Part shown: positions 38,167-51,645 of the stretch, in pieces
Position numbering within the stretch: position 1 is the stretch's first letter
How the letters are laid out: each line of letters begins with the position of its first letter
Position numbers and translations under genes: made by a program
Assembly: GCA_035221665.1 (NCBI GenBank)
Contig: CM069168.1
Span: 13,516,001 to 13,580,000, forward strand
Direction of reading: 5' to 3'
DNA length: 64,000 nt
DNA from: Okamejei kenojei
Taxonomy: Eukaryota
The notes under the pieces: generated by a model
Seen by the model: the letters and a program-made list of their open reading frames with translations, nothing else
What the model was told of the DNA's origin: nothing
Database searches by the model: none

Positions 38167-39159
38167 GCTCTATTCTCAGACCTCAGCCATTCCCTGCATT
38201 TCCTTAATATTCTCACCTGCACCATAAAGTTCAGTATAATTGAAGGAACATATTGCAGTTAAGCCAAATAGGAAGGTACACCTCTGCAATGTACCCTAAT
38301 CATTAATGAACAAATCTTAGATCTTTTTTGCCTTTGTAGTGAAGTGATAAAACAGGAAAACATATGATTAGCTTTAAAAGGGTCAAACTATCAAAGTCAA
38401 TTTAAGATTCAAATAAACTTTGAAACATTTAACTATTTCATTAGCAGGGTTGCATCATTCTGAATGCATTTCTAACATTTGGGAACTTAAGGCTCCTTTT
38501 CGAAACCATTTCCAGGCCTTGCAAATTAAGTAATTCTATTTGCTCACAGTTACTTTCAACAACAGAATCAACACTACAATGTGTATTTGATTTTCTGATG
38601 TAAACAAAGCTGTGTCAGCAAACTAAAATACTACAAGAACACACTCCACAGACAGCAATTTTGCTTCGACACCCATATGCAAAAAAACAAACTCCAAGTT
38701 GTTCACATGTTCTAGTAAAAGAATTAAGCCATTCGGCCCATCAAGTCTACTCCGCCCTTCAATCATGGCTGATCTATCTTTCCCCTCAATCCCATTCTCC
38801 GGCCTCCACCCCATAACACCCAACACCCTTACAAATCAAGAATCTGTCAATCTCCACTTTAAAAATATCCATTGACGGTCTCCACAGCCTTCTGTAGCGG
38901 TTAATTCCACAGCTTCACCTTTTATTCTGAGGCTATGCCTCTGGTTCTAGAGTCTCCCACCAGTGGAAACATCCAACTCTGTCCAGCCCTTTTACATTCT
39001 TTCACCTCAAGATGCTCTACAGCCAATGAAATACTTCCAGAATGCTTTCAATGTTACAGTGAAGGAACGTTGAAGAGTAATTAATGTAAAACAAACTTCT
39101 GCCAACAACGGTGAAGTAATGATCATTTGATACGTTTCAGTGTTATTAAATTTAATATG

Positions 39160-39278
39160 TAGGAAGGAACTGCAGATGCTGTTTTAAATCGAAGATAGAC
39201 AAAATGCTGGAGTAACTCGGGCAACATCTCCGGAGAGAAGGAATGGGTGACGTTTCGGGTCGAGACCCTTCTTCAGAC
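39160..39278 (-). mobile_element. Penelope-like end with intact hammerhead motif (39249-39276)
   Basis: Minus strand CTGAAGAAGGGTCTCGACCCGAAACGTC. Confidence 0.7.
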
Positions 39279-39383
39279 AAAATTAAATAATCTTCATTAA
39301 ATGTAATAACTGCTTGAATTATGAAACGAACAAAAATGGCAAAGATATTCAGACTTAATATGTGGAGAGAGAAACAGTTGGCA

Positions 39384-39600
39384 ATGTCTGTGGAATTCTC
39401 CACCTCAGAGGGCGGTGGAGGCCGGTTCTCTGGATGCTTTCAAGAGAGAGCTAGATAGGGCTCTTAAAAATAGCGGAGTTAGGGGATATGGGGAGAAGGC
39501 AGGAACGGGGTACTGATTGGGGATGATCTGCCATGATCACATTGAATGGTGGTGCTGGCTCGAAGGGCCAAATGGCCTACTCCTGCACCTATCGTCTATT
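39384..39600 (+). mobile_element. CR1-clade LINE 3' end
   Basis: Near-identical to 15400-15617. Confidence 0.8.
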
Positions 39601-42600
39601 TCATCAATTACTTCTCTTCGGCAATAGAAAAAGAAGACATGCCATTTTTTTTCAGAGGCACTAAAGGTCAATCCATTAAGTTAACGTTTCTCATCCCACA
39701 GACATTGCCTCGCCTAGAGAGCATCTCCAGAAAGTTTTGCGTTTACAACATCGGTGCATCAAACTTAGAGATGATTCACAAGCTACCGCAATCAAAGATA
39801 ACTCTCAAATTCAAAATTACTAATTGCTAACCACTTGAATAATCCAGGCAAGGAAATGAATTCAGTTGCAGAACAGAAATTATGAAAAACTTCAATAAGT
39901 TAAGCCAACAAGCCAGAGAAGGGTCTGGACCCGAAACGGAGTCTGAAGAAGGGTCTCAACCCAAAATGTCACCCATTCCTTCTATCCAGAGATGCTGCCT
40001 GCCTCAGAGTTATTGTAGCATTTTGTGTATAAACCAGGGGTGATGCCGATTGTCTTACAACAACCTTCTTCAAAAGTTCTGACTGAACAAGGATCATGAT
40101 AGGAAACCGTAGCCAATTTCTCTCCCCCCTCCCGATTCCAATCCAAAGAATTGGACAGAGATCAGCTTGCCTACCAGGACTGAACACAGGGGCTTCACAT
40201 TTTCATTAGCATGACACCGTTCCAGGCCGCCCACATCAGCATTATTACCTTAAAAATAATTGTATCTTTTGGAGCAGACTAATAAAGGTTACTTTCTTTA
40301 GCAAAGTTTGATTTGCAACAAAATTATGAATGTTCAAATTATTATTAGTCATGGCATTAGTGTTTTTTTTTTAAAAGCAGTGTTAATGAAGGGTGTTAGA
40401 CCCAACATATTCTTCATTCTAGGAATATATAGTTTGCTAAGAAAGGCGACTGTAGTTTGAAAGTAATTTCATTCTCCCAAATATTATGAGAATGTTATTG
40501 CAGTTTTTTTCCACTATATTAGTACCAGGGACAATGTTTAATTAAGTAGTTTTCTTTTACTTGTTATGTGCAGTGTTAATAGATGCAACAGGAAACTTAC
40601 AAAAGGCAATGACACGAAGGAGGGTTGCTATCAAGTATAAAGATTTGAAATCCTTTAAATGGACATAAATTCCAGGTACCAATCACTTAAATCCCTCCTG
40701 ATAATTAAATGTCTTACCTACACATGTGCAACAAATTTCCCTTATCCCACAGTGTTTCTCCAGAAGAAAGATCGTTCTCATACAGGGAAACCAATCTTCT
40801 TCAGGCAGTGATAACACATGCGTCACTGGTACACCATGAACGTTTGCATCCAATATATTCATCTGGTCTCAGAATGCTCTAGAGGACCCTCTTCTTTATT
40901 TAGACAAATGCAGTAACTATTTTGGTCCAATCAGGATCACAAACTGGAAATTGCCCAGTAAAACTCCTGGATTTCAAAGAAGAATGCTTCCGGGATAAGG
41001 CACACCATTCTGCTGTTTTTTCAAAACACACCACAAGATCTTTTACGTCCCACTCACAATGCAGATGGCACGTTACTTAATGCCCCATCTGCAAGACAAT
41101 ACAGCATGCCAAGTCAACAATGACAATACAGCGCTTGTTTTACATCAGTCATTTTATTGCATTTGCTCACGTCCTTCCCCCATTTCCTACCATGTGTGCC
41201 GTGAAGGCGTTCGCCATGGGCAAAATAGCCTCCTGGTATCATCATGCTTTCCATTTTTGTACATAGACAGAGTGTGGCATCCACTGCTAGCAAAGGGCAT
41301 GCCACACCAAATCCGGCCCCGAACCCCACAAGACCCGACCCCCCCCCCCCCCCCCCCCCCCCAACCCTTCAACCCAAAGTAATTTTCAAACAGGGATTAA
41401 TGAAAGGGTCGGCACAGTGGTAGTTGTTGCCTTAGTGCCAGAGAGCAGAGCTCGATTCCTGACTCTGGACGTTGTCTGTATGGAGTTTGTAGGTTAATTG
41501 GCTTCAGTAAAATTGTAAATTGTCCCTAGTGCATAGAATAGTGCTAGTGGATGGAGTGATCACTGGTCGGCACAGTCCCAGTGAGCCAAAGGGTCTGTTC
41601 TTGCACTGTACCTCTAAAGTCTAAACTAAAGTCTACAGACAGATTTAAACCCCATCTGGTTTTATCCTCTCTAGCCCAGTGCCACGATTGCAAGTTTTGT
41701 GTCCCGAATTAACAAATGCCATTGATCACAAAACAAACCCTGCGAAGTATGCATTTTTCAGTATTGCAAACATGGGAATTTTAATTCATTTGTGAGGTAA
41801 GCTTAGAATAGAACGATATTGTCACATGAAGAGGACTTTACCCTGCCCCACCCCGAACCAGAATGAACAGCAAATTCTGAATGGAGAATGCCATTTTCTT
41901 TTCCAGGCTGAAAGTAAATATACAAACAGCTTGGCAACGAAAGGTATCTGGGCAACCACTGAAGCATTTTTACAGAATTAGGTCCCAGCAGAGCATTACC
42001 AGGCCAGTCCAAATTTGTATCCTCTTAAAACAAGCAAAGGCATTCCAGAGTAGAGATCAACTCTTCTCTGATAGAGTCTCAAAATGGCGAATCTGCTCTA
42101 GTACAGGAAAGTTTTAATAAATACGATGGAGTAATTTTACAGATAAACCATAGACAGCTGCCCTTTAAAGTTTTACTTGGCAATTTCTTCAGTCATCAGA
42201 TGCTTAACAGCAGCAGAATCCTCCAAGGAGATTTACAATTAAATCACACATTGACTTTGTAATAATCACAAACTAGGAGAAATGTAAACATAATTCTAAA
42301 TATCAGACAATAAAACAAACAAAAATGTTGGTCTTAATGATACAGGACTCAAAATTCAGAGCTCACGGTAACAACACGTACATATCACATCATCTGTCTT
42401 GTCCTACGACAAAATACATCCTTCAGCTGCACGCAAAACCTCATTTGTTGCAGTTACGGACAAGTCCATTTTAGACTTTGATCAGGAGGGAGGACATTAC
42501 AAGGAAGGTTTTGTTAAGCAGAGATAAAGAGATAAGAGGAATGAGAAAATAGAATGGTCAATAAAAGAACAAGTCAGTGAGCATGAATGAACATCAGTAT

Positions 42601-43246
42601 GCAACACAAACACACACACACATGTTGACCTACTTTGGAAAACATCAGCAACTGCTTGATAACCCTACAAGTGAAACCTGAAATTACACAGGCATAGTTT
42701 TGCTTTCAGATAGTGGAAGCACTTATTTTCAACAACTTTTCAATTCCATTACCTTTGTATTTTGGCCATCTTTTATCAAAGAGTGATTGCATCTAAACTG
42801 AAAAGATTTTGAAACAAGCACATGCCACCATAGTGCTTTGGAGAACAGAGTCATGCAACAGGTTAACAGGCCACACCAGCATCAATTGATTTGATGTGGA
42901 TTTCTTCAAGGTTTTGCTATTCTATCAAATAAATATTTAATTTATGATTCTTTTATTGGCAAGGTACAGTGAAATACATGAAAGACTATACGCTTGGTAG
43001 CCATCACCTTCTTTGGAGTTAAATGCCTTTTGAGAACATATTATTTTGCAACTGCTGAAACTTAGTACATTTTCTTGACGATTAATGTATTTTATGCAAT
43101 TGATTTCCAATAGAGTTCAAGGAAGCTCACAATGGAAGCAGTGACCTAATCCTATTGTTTCCCTTTACTTTGATTCAATACCTAATGAGTTACATTTCGA
43201 AAATGTTCAAGAACGAACTGCAGATGCTGGAAAATTATCTAGATTC

Positions 43247-44074
43247 CAAGATGGCGGCGCTGGCTTAACAGCTGCGGTCCGCCTGCAGTCCGTCTGTTAT
43301 TTTATTTATTTTGTCCTGTTTTTAAGTTGGTTTTGTTTTATTAGATTGTGTGTATGTGGGTGGGGGGGAGAAACCTGTTGGGGTCTCTTTCCTTTGGGGG
43401 GGGGGGGGGGGGTGCGACCTTTTTGTCGTATTCCCCGTCTTCGTCCCCGCCGAGGCCTAATGGCGGAGCTGGCGGCCTCAGGGCTGTTCTGGCAGCAGCA
43501 GTGACTCGCAACGGTTCCGACTCGGTCCCGGAGCTGTTCCAGCAGCAGTGGCAGCGGCAGCGACCCGACTCGGCCCCGGAGCGGTGGCGGCGACACTGGC
43601 AGCGACCCGACCGCAACCACGGGCCCGGTGGAATCGGCCGCGGGGCCCAGTGGACGACATCGGCGGGAGCTCACCGCTTACAGGTTGGTGACCTTTTTTT
43701 ACGAGCTCCCGCAACAACAGCTTCGTCCGCTGGTCTGGAGGGCGGCAGCTTCGACCACCCCGGGTCGCGGAGTTGAACCGACCCGTTCGCAGAGCTTGGT
43801 TGAAGCACGGGACTGACTTACTTACCATCACCCGGTGGGGTTACATCATCACCTCGCCTCGGCGCAGAGGGAAACAAAGAGGGAAGAGACAGAGACTTTA
43901 AGACTTTGCCTTCCATCACAGTGAGGAGGTGTTTGGTGAACTCACTGTGGTGGATGTTAAATTTGTGTTTATTGTGTGTTTCTGTCATTTTTTTTAAAAA
44001 TTATATGCATGACTGCAGGGGAACGAAATTTCGTTCAGACCGAAAGGTTTGAATGACAAATAAATTCAATTCAA
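43247..44074 (+). mobile_element. CpG-rich non-autonomous retroposon inserted into a Penelope end
   Basis: Starts CAAGATGGCGGC (YY1-like motif), has short internal repeats (cagcagtggcagcggcag/cgactcgg), and ends in an attca-repeat tail. The Penelope tail stops at about 43234 and resumes at about 44075. Confidence 0.6.
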
Positions 44075-44485
44075 AATCGAAGGTAGACAAAAATGCTGGA
44101 GAAACTCAGCGGGTGCGGCAGCATCTATGGAGCGAAGGAAATGGCAACGTTTCGGGCCGAAACCCTTCTTCAGACTGATGCAGGGTGGGGGGGGGAGAAA
44201 GGAGAAAGGAAGAGGAGGAGCCAGAGGGCTGAGGCAGAGCTGAGAAGAGGAGGAGACAGCAAGGGCTACCGGAAATTGTAGAAGTCAATGTTCATGCCGC
44301 TGGGGTGCAGACTGCCCAAGCGGAATATGAGGAGCTGCTCCTCCAATTTCTGGTGGTGCTCACTCTGGCAATGGAGGAGACCCAGGACAGAAAGGTTGGA
44401 TTCGGAATGGGAGGGAGAGTTGATGTGCGGAGTAACAGGGAGATCAGGTTGGTTAATGCGGACCGAGCAGAGGTGTTCGGCGAAA
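44075..44485 (-). mobile_element. Penelope-like retroelement 3' fragment: GIY-YIG endonuclease C-terminus, 3' UTR and hammerhead motif (44146-44173)
   Basis: Minus frame FAEHLCSVRINQPDLPVTPHINSPSHSESNLSVLGLLHCQSEHHQKLEEQLLIFRLGSLHPSGMNIDFYNFR*, then CTGAAGAAGGGTTTCGGCCCGAAACGTT. Confidence 0.85.
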
Positions 44486-47400
44486 TTACATTTTGAGGCT
44501 GGAAGAGGATCTTTTACTGGCCACGTATACTAGATCTTTGAAGAACGGATTTAGCCAAGAGACTGACCCAATGGCACAACAGATAGATAAGCAACCTGAT
44601 GTCATAGAACAGGAAGGGATCCTAGGTGTGCATGCATGATCTCAAGTTGGCTGCAGTACACGCACTGTGGCTGGTGCAAATCAACCAAGCATAGACTAAG
44701 GACAGGACAGTGGAACAAATTGACATTTGGCCGAGTTGTGATGGAAAGAAACATCAGGATTCCCAGCATTGAACATCAGCTAGCAATGTTTTCAGCAGTA
44801 AGACTCATTATTAAAATCAAAGGAGCACAGGACCAGGCTTGCTACTGAGGTAACAGAACCCACTAACCACGAGCCAAGCATGGGAAATACCATAATGTAA
44901 TTATGGCAACAGTAATCTAATTTAAAATCTTTAAAATGCCTTATACTCAAAGTTTGACATCGTTGATGGAAAAGTGCAGAAACTTACTGTTTTGGCAATA
45001 ACATCCCGCAGTTAAGGAAGAGATCTGATGAGTGGGAAGACACAGGCTGAGTAATAATCTTGTGTGTGGAAATATAAAAGTTTTAGGACTTAGGCATCCT
45101 TCCGGTTCTACTTAGCTTTTGGAGCAACATCTGTCAAATTAGCCCACATTACACAAGCTTTACAAGCACATTGCTATCAAAATACCATCAGGGAAATCTA
45201 TTTAACGGATGCCAATATGTTTTAATGTTCTGCCGTGTGCTTAAACAATGTGATATTTTCTATTATTATGCAGTGTCTCAAACTACTGCTTCCACAACCA
45301 CCTCCCACCAGCCTGAGTGAAAAAAAAAAAGACCTCCGTAGTCCTGACCCAAAGTTCAAGTTTAAATGATTGGACATCCATTCAGGTTCGATTATAAAGA
45401 TGTATCGCTGAAATCATCAAGTTTCACAATGGAAACACGATGTGATGCCCCCTCAGCTGCAACTGGTTGTAAAATAGAAATTATTCCGTAGGTAGTTGTT
45501 GATATCATTGCCAGAAAGACAGGCTTTTCTAACAATTACTTTCTAAAGGCAAGTGTTTAGTTTATTGAACAGCTGTAGCGCCATGATAAAATGTCTACGC
45601 TAGGACTGCATGTGGGTGGGACTGTTCAACAAACCAGATGCAGGCGGATTGATAGAAAGATGAGTAGCATGCCACTCACACAAAGTCCAAGTATAACCAG
45701 CGTATGTGGGCAACCTGACAATAAAGCCAACTGGTAGCACAAATCACAAAGCCGCAGATTTGTGTTTTGCAAGTATCGTCAACCACCCGTACCCAATAAC
45801 AAGCTTGCAGAACCTCACAGCCTTTGCTTCGGATGCGTAATGATCCGTACTGCCATCTATACTCATTAATAAAGTGGTCACAAGTGGTCCAGGGGAAGCC
45901 AACAAAATTGCATCACAATCCAACAATTTAAGACAAAGTATGAATCTGGGATTTAATCTACTGTAGCTTGAAGCAAGAGGTACAACATAAAATTATTCAT
46001 TTCGAATTAATTTGTCAGTAAAAACATTGACTGGGTAGTTATTGGTGACGCAGACAGCTCGAGCCTTCTGGAAACGATCAGAAAAATGGGGCAAGGGAAT
46101 GTACATCAAATGGAAGGACTCCAAATGAATGGAGCATTGAGGGATCGTAAAGTGCACAAGAATAGATTCCAGAAGGCAGGAAAGATATATAAGATGATTT
46201 AAGGCAACACAGGACACACTATGTTTTATTAGTGAAAGAGTGGGCCAGAACCAAGTGATTTGCATCTGATTGGAATTTAGTGCACCACTAGAGTGCCACA
46301 TGTAATGCTGATCATCACCATACATGAAGGGTCTGATTGCACTGAAAGGTAGGGGAGATTGCAGAAATGAAGAATATTGGATGAACTGGGATTGCTAAAT
46401 TAGAACGGTGATAAGAGAGGAGACCAAGCATAGACTACATGCCACTTCGGCGAACGCTAGTTCTCTGTCCAACATAAGAGGGGAAATTTAGTTGGGCTCA
46501 ATAAATGTTCAGGCACCAAAGTTACAGTCAATCCCCTGAGTGGTTACTAAGAAGATACACATTTGAAGTAATCTGGGAACTATCGTAGAAAAACATGTCA
46601 CCTCTAGGCGGCTCTGGAACCCTGTCCGAATAGCTGCGAGATAAAAAACGTTTAAAGAAATAAAAATAGTTAGATGTACCATTGCCGTTCCACAAATTGC
46701 AAGCTGACTCACCATGGGCTGGGCACTGGGCTGAGGCAGGCAGATCTTCAGCCAGCACATATGTCAGTTTATAGTCTCATTCTGTTTGAAGATTTGGGAT
46801 GTTCAGTATGATGAGATTACTGCTATTTGAAACCCAGTTGGAATGGTACTTGGGAGCCTGATATCCCACTTATTAAACCGCATTAATGGTCGTTTAGAAA
46901 GTGCCCTTACTACCCAATGACTGAGATAATGCTTACCATGGCAGATGGCTGCCCCAGTGCAAAATGCACATATCCACCAGTTTAAAAAAATACTGCCACA
47001 CAAATCTCAACCATCTGTAGATATCCATCACTATATCTAGACTAGATAAAGTCTCGTCAGTCCAGTCTCATGGTAGCCATGACCCAAATATTACTCAATC
47101 CCTGACCAAGTCATATCCACAGAAGCATCCTTAACGAGTATTGTCAATATCTCTAGAAAGCATATTCGAGAAGGCTAATTTGCACCATTCCTGTTTTGCA
47201 CTCGCATTAATTGTTGTATTTATCATTTCAGTATGAATACTGTTTCGTCTGAAGTGAGGATTTCATTGCACACTGGTATTGAATTGAAAGATACAGCAAT
47301 GGGACAGCCCCTTCGACCCAATGAGTGCACGCCTAACATCAATCACCCGGTCACACTAGTTCTATGTTATCCCACTTCTGCATCCACTCCCAACACATCA

Positions 47401-50400
47401 GAGGAAATTTATAGAGGCAACTTAACCTACAAACCCGCACGCTTTTGGGATGTCGGGGGGGGGGGGGGGGGGGGGGGGGGGGCGTGGGGGGGAAATCAGT
47501 GGAACCCACACAGTCACAGGGAGAACGAGCAAACTCCACACGGACAGTCAGGGACAGCATTGAACCTGGTCTCTGGTGCCGTGAGGCAGCAGCTTTACCA
47601 GCTGCACCGCCCATATATATGACAATAATCTGACCCCAAATCTGAATCTGCTCTGGAGCAACATGCAGTTCTTACTAAGAACCAAGTGAAGCAAATCATC
47701 ACAGAATCAAGTGCAGCAAATCTTCACAAGTTCTCTGTTCTGGTTTCGGTGCTAACCATATAGATCAAAAACAATATTTTTTCTCCTGCTGGATGAAGTT
47801 ACAGCAGGCCTCAGCAATGTCTCAAAATACCAACCAAAGAGAACTGCTAAGTGTATACCAAAAAGGCAGCAGAGCAATGCAGAGACACAAAATGAAAACA
47901 GAAAATGCTGTAAATTATCGATAACATCACCAACATGTTCTATTACAACACTTACATCTCACAAATATAGATGATCAAATTTCACTCCGTGGCAAATAAA
48001 ATCTCAGCAGCAAACCCACAGCAACTGGAACCAAAAATTCAATTGCTGTTTCAACAAATGCAGTCTTAACATTATTCAAGGGAATGGCAACTCTAAATTA
48101 TACTGCACATGCCTGCTGCTTTACAATGCAGGCCCTGCTGCTAAAACTGCCTATGGTTCAAATAGAGTAATCATGGTCAATTACTATTTTCCATTACAGT
48201 CAATTGAAAAGTTGCCACTTAGTGCTTCAACAGCCTTCTACATTTCAGGCACAAACAGCTGTTTACTCAGTAGAATTCAACTTGTCAATACAACTTTGTT
48301 AAGGTGTAAACAGTTTGGGTGCAGCATCTGTTCTGGTCACCAATGCACTGTAAAAGAGATGCCATTTCACCAGAAGGGATGCAAAAGATATGATTGGAAA
48401 ACTATAGAAATGAAAAAAGGTTGGATAAGCTCAGTTAGTACTCATTGGTACCAGGAACCAATTAAGAGAATGAACTGAGAGCCATAAAACAAATTACGAA
48501 TGGCACAGACAAGAAGCAATCTTAGCACGTCATTACAGCAGCAGATACAGATTTCAAGTAATTGATAAAATAATTAAAGAGCAAAACCAGAGGATTTTTT
48601 TCCCCTTTAAGACTGTGGAAAAAGTTTGACATTCATACCCAAATGTGAATATTTCAGTGCGAAACACCCTTAAGTAGTACTGATGAGCCATGTTCTGTAG
48701 GGCCATAGACCTAGCTCTGGAAAGTAGAGGCAAATGCCATCCCGAGTAGTACATTTTTTTAATCAAATTCTATGATACCAGTATCTTTTCTCCAAAACCC
48801 CGGTACTGTTTTTCAGCAGTTGATCCCATGTCTTCAAATATATTCGAGACATGGTAGATGTGCTTTCACCAAGTTCCCAGCTCCAGGCCATCATCTTCGG
48901 ACCACTGATTTACAGGCTTGGTGATTATTTATCAACTAACTATAAGTGGTATCATGAGGCATGTCAGCTTTGAGGTTTACTCTTTCCCATGGCATTAGTT
49001 TCCCTTCATCTCTCCAGTGCAGTTCAGGATTTCACCACATCAGACAAAGAATAAACACTAACATTAAATAAACTGGAACCCCAAAATGGCCTATTGCCAT
49101 TTTAGTCACTTCTGATCCCACCATTCTATCGTAACCCTCCAAAACACCACGAGGCTGGTTAATAACTACATTCAGTGTTGCCTACCCTACCTGATTCAAG
49201 GAGCTGACATGCCCTGCATCACATTCCAACCCATGAGCTTAGTAACTGGATTTCCGCGTGCAGGAACTAGCACTCAATGTTAATCTGGCAAGTTATAACA
49301 CAGAAAAGTCATCCCATGAGCTCTGCAGTGCTAATACATCCAATCAAGACCATTGGTGAACAAATTAACTGCTCACGTAGGAGGTTCCAAGAACATACCA
49401 TTCACCAACTCGTATCCCAAATCGTATGACTACAAAAATGGAAAAGAAGTGTACAGTATCAATATATTAGAATATATCAGTCCGATGAAGGGTCCCAACC
49501 TGAAATGTTACCTATCCGCATACTCCAGGGGCGCTGCCTGACCTGCTGAGTTACTCCAGCATTTTGTCTTTGATTTTAGTGTAAATAAATACTTTTTTTT
49601 TTTTTTAAATAGCCCAGAAGAGCACACCGCTGACAACACAAGCAACTCCACACTATCCAGGCAATGCAATTCATTTTGGTGGCCACCATTGCCATACACA
49701 ACCAGTGGACTGTGATGCAATGTTTACTATATACAAACTAGTTTGCTGTGATTACCAAGCATGCCCCAATCCCACGACCGCTACTATTTTGAAGGACAAA
49801 GTGCAGCAGCTGCATCAGAACACAAGACTGTTGCAGTCTTTGATTTGGAAACCTATCACAGTCGTTCTTCCTGCATTGCTGGATTAACCTGCAGAAAATT
49901 CCACCATCATTGTCGGAAATGCAATGGATGTGGTTCAAGGTGGTACATAACCACCTGGGCGAACAATTAATATCAACCTTGCCTACCATCCTACACACAC
50001 AAAGCTGGAATAACTCAGCAGAACAAGCAGCATCTCTGGAGAGAAGGATGGGTGGAGTTTCGGGTCGAGGCTCTTCTTCCACGTACCTCGACTCCATCCT
50101 ACCCCCCTGGTCCAATCTCTCCCAACCTACGTCCAAGGTGCCTCACATGCTCTTCGTCTCGTTAATGACTTCCGCTTTCCAAGCTTTTAATGACTCCTTC
50201 ATCTTTACTATTTTTAATATTGCCTACCATCCGCATATCCCAGGAGAATGTTTTTTTTAAGTCAACAGAAAAAAAACAGAAAAGTGTTTGTAATTGTTGG
50301 ATTAGTTGATTCTTAATTCAATTACAAATCAAATTCCTATTCTGCACCAAACAATCAAAATGTAACATGGCAACAGAAATTCTACTGTTAATCTAAATGT

Positions 50401-50834
50401 CCATTCTTGATAAAGGGCAAGGATATTCATGTCCTTGACCACTCGTCTCAACCTCTAACACGCAAGGAGGGGGAGGTGAGATGGAAAGAAGATCAGGCTC
50501 AGCTGTGCTCCTGCAACCTTTTACTTTCCCCTTTCCCTACCTATCCTGTCAACACAGCCACGATGGCTCAGTGCCTAAGTACACTACACAGTGTGGCAAC
50601 AAGCCACGCATACCAGGAAGATCCCCGACCTGGGCCAAGCCAGAAAGGCTCAGCTCAAGTAACAGTTTGAGCGTTAACAGCAAGTGGACTGCTTGGGTTG
50701 GGGTAGTGGGGGCACAGTGGAGCAACAGGAAGAAAGTCAGCCAGGACATCCAATGTTTCTTGCTAACCAGAAGCTTGCTGCTGCTGTGACAGGTGACTTG
50801 CAAAGGCCCAAAATGAACGATCATCAGATCCTGC

Positions 50835-51103
50835 AACGACCAGGTTCAGGAATAGCTACTTCCCCACAGCCATCAGGCTATTAAACTTGGCTCGGACAAA
50901 ACTCTGAACATTAATAGCCCATTATCTGTTATTTGCACTTTATCAGTTTATTTATTCATGTGTGTATATATTTAAATAATTGGTATATTGACACACTGAT
51001 CTGTTTTGTAGTCAATGCCTACTATGTTCTGTTGTGCTGAAGCAAAGCAAGAATTTCATTGTCCTATCAGGGACACATGACAATAAACTCTCTTGACTTG
51101 ACT
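50835..51103 (+). mobile_element. Rex1/Babar LINE 3' end
   Basis: TTRFRNSYFPTAIRLLN plus 3' UTR and tgact-repeat tail. Confidence 0.8.
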
Positions 51104-51645
51104 CATAAGTTATAGGAGCAAGATTAGGACATTCGGCCCATCTAGTCCTCTCTGCCGTTCGATCATAACTGGCCTATTTTTCCTTCTCAATTCCATGCTC
51201 CTGCCTTTTCCCCATAACCCATTACACCCTTACTATTCAATAACCTATCAAACGCCACTTTAAAAATATCCAATGATGGCCTTCACTGCCGTCTGTGGCA
51301 ATAAATTTCAGATTCACCACCCTCCGGCTGAAAAAAAAATCCTCATCTCCATTCTAAAATTACGTCCTTTAAATCTGAGGCTGTGCCCTTGGTCAGTCTC
51401 CCACTACTTGCAAACATCCTTATCCACACCTACTCCATCCAGGCCTTACATTATTCGACAAGTTTCAATGATCCTACCACATCCTCATAAACCCCAGCAG
51501 GCACAGGCCCAAAGACATCCGATGCTCCTCATACCTTCGCCCAAACATCCCTGGGATCAGTCTCGTAAATTTTCCCTGGACCCCCTCCAACAGCAGCACA
51601 TGCTTCGTCAGATATGAGACCCAAAACGGTTAATAATATTCCAAA
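51104..51645 (-). mobile_element. CR1-clade LINE 3' fragment
   Basis: Same diverged tail and body as the copies at about 7635-7810, 14795-15015, 37100-37395 and 38705-38990. Confidence 0.7.

Noticed and set aside
43306-43831. Several overlapping 90-140-aa ORFs
   Set aside because: Low-complexity products of a GC-rich repeat with few stop codons.
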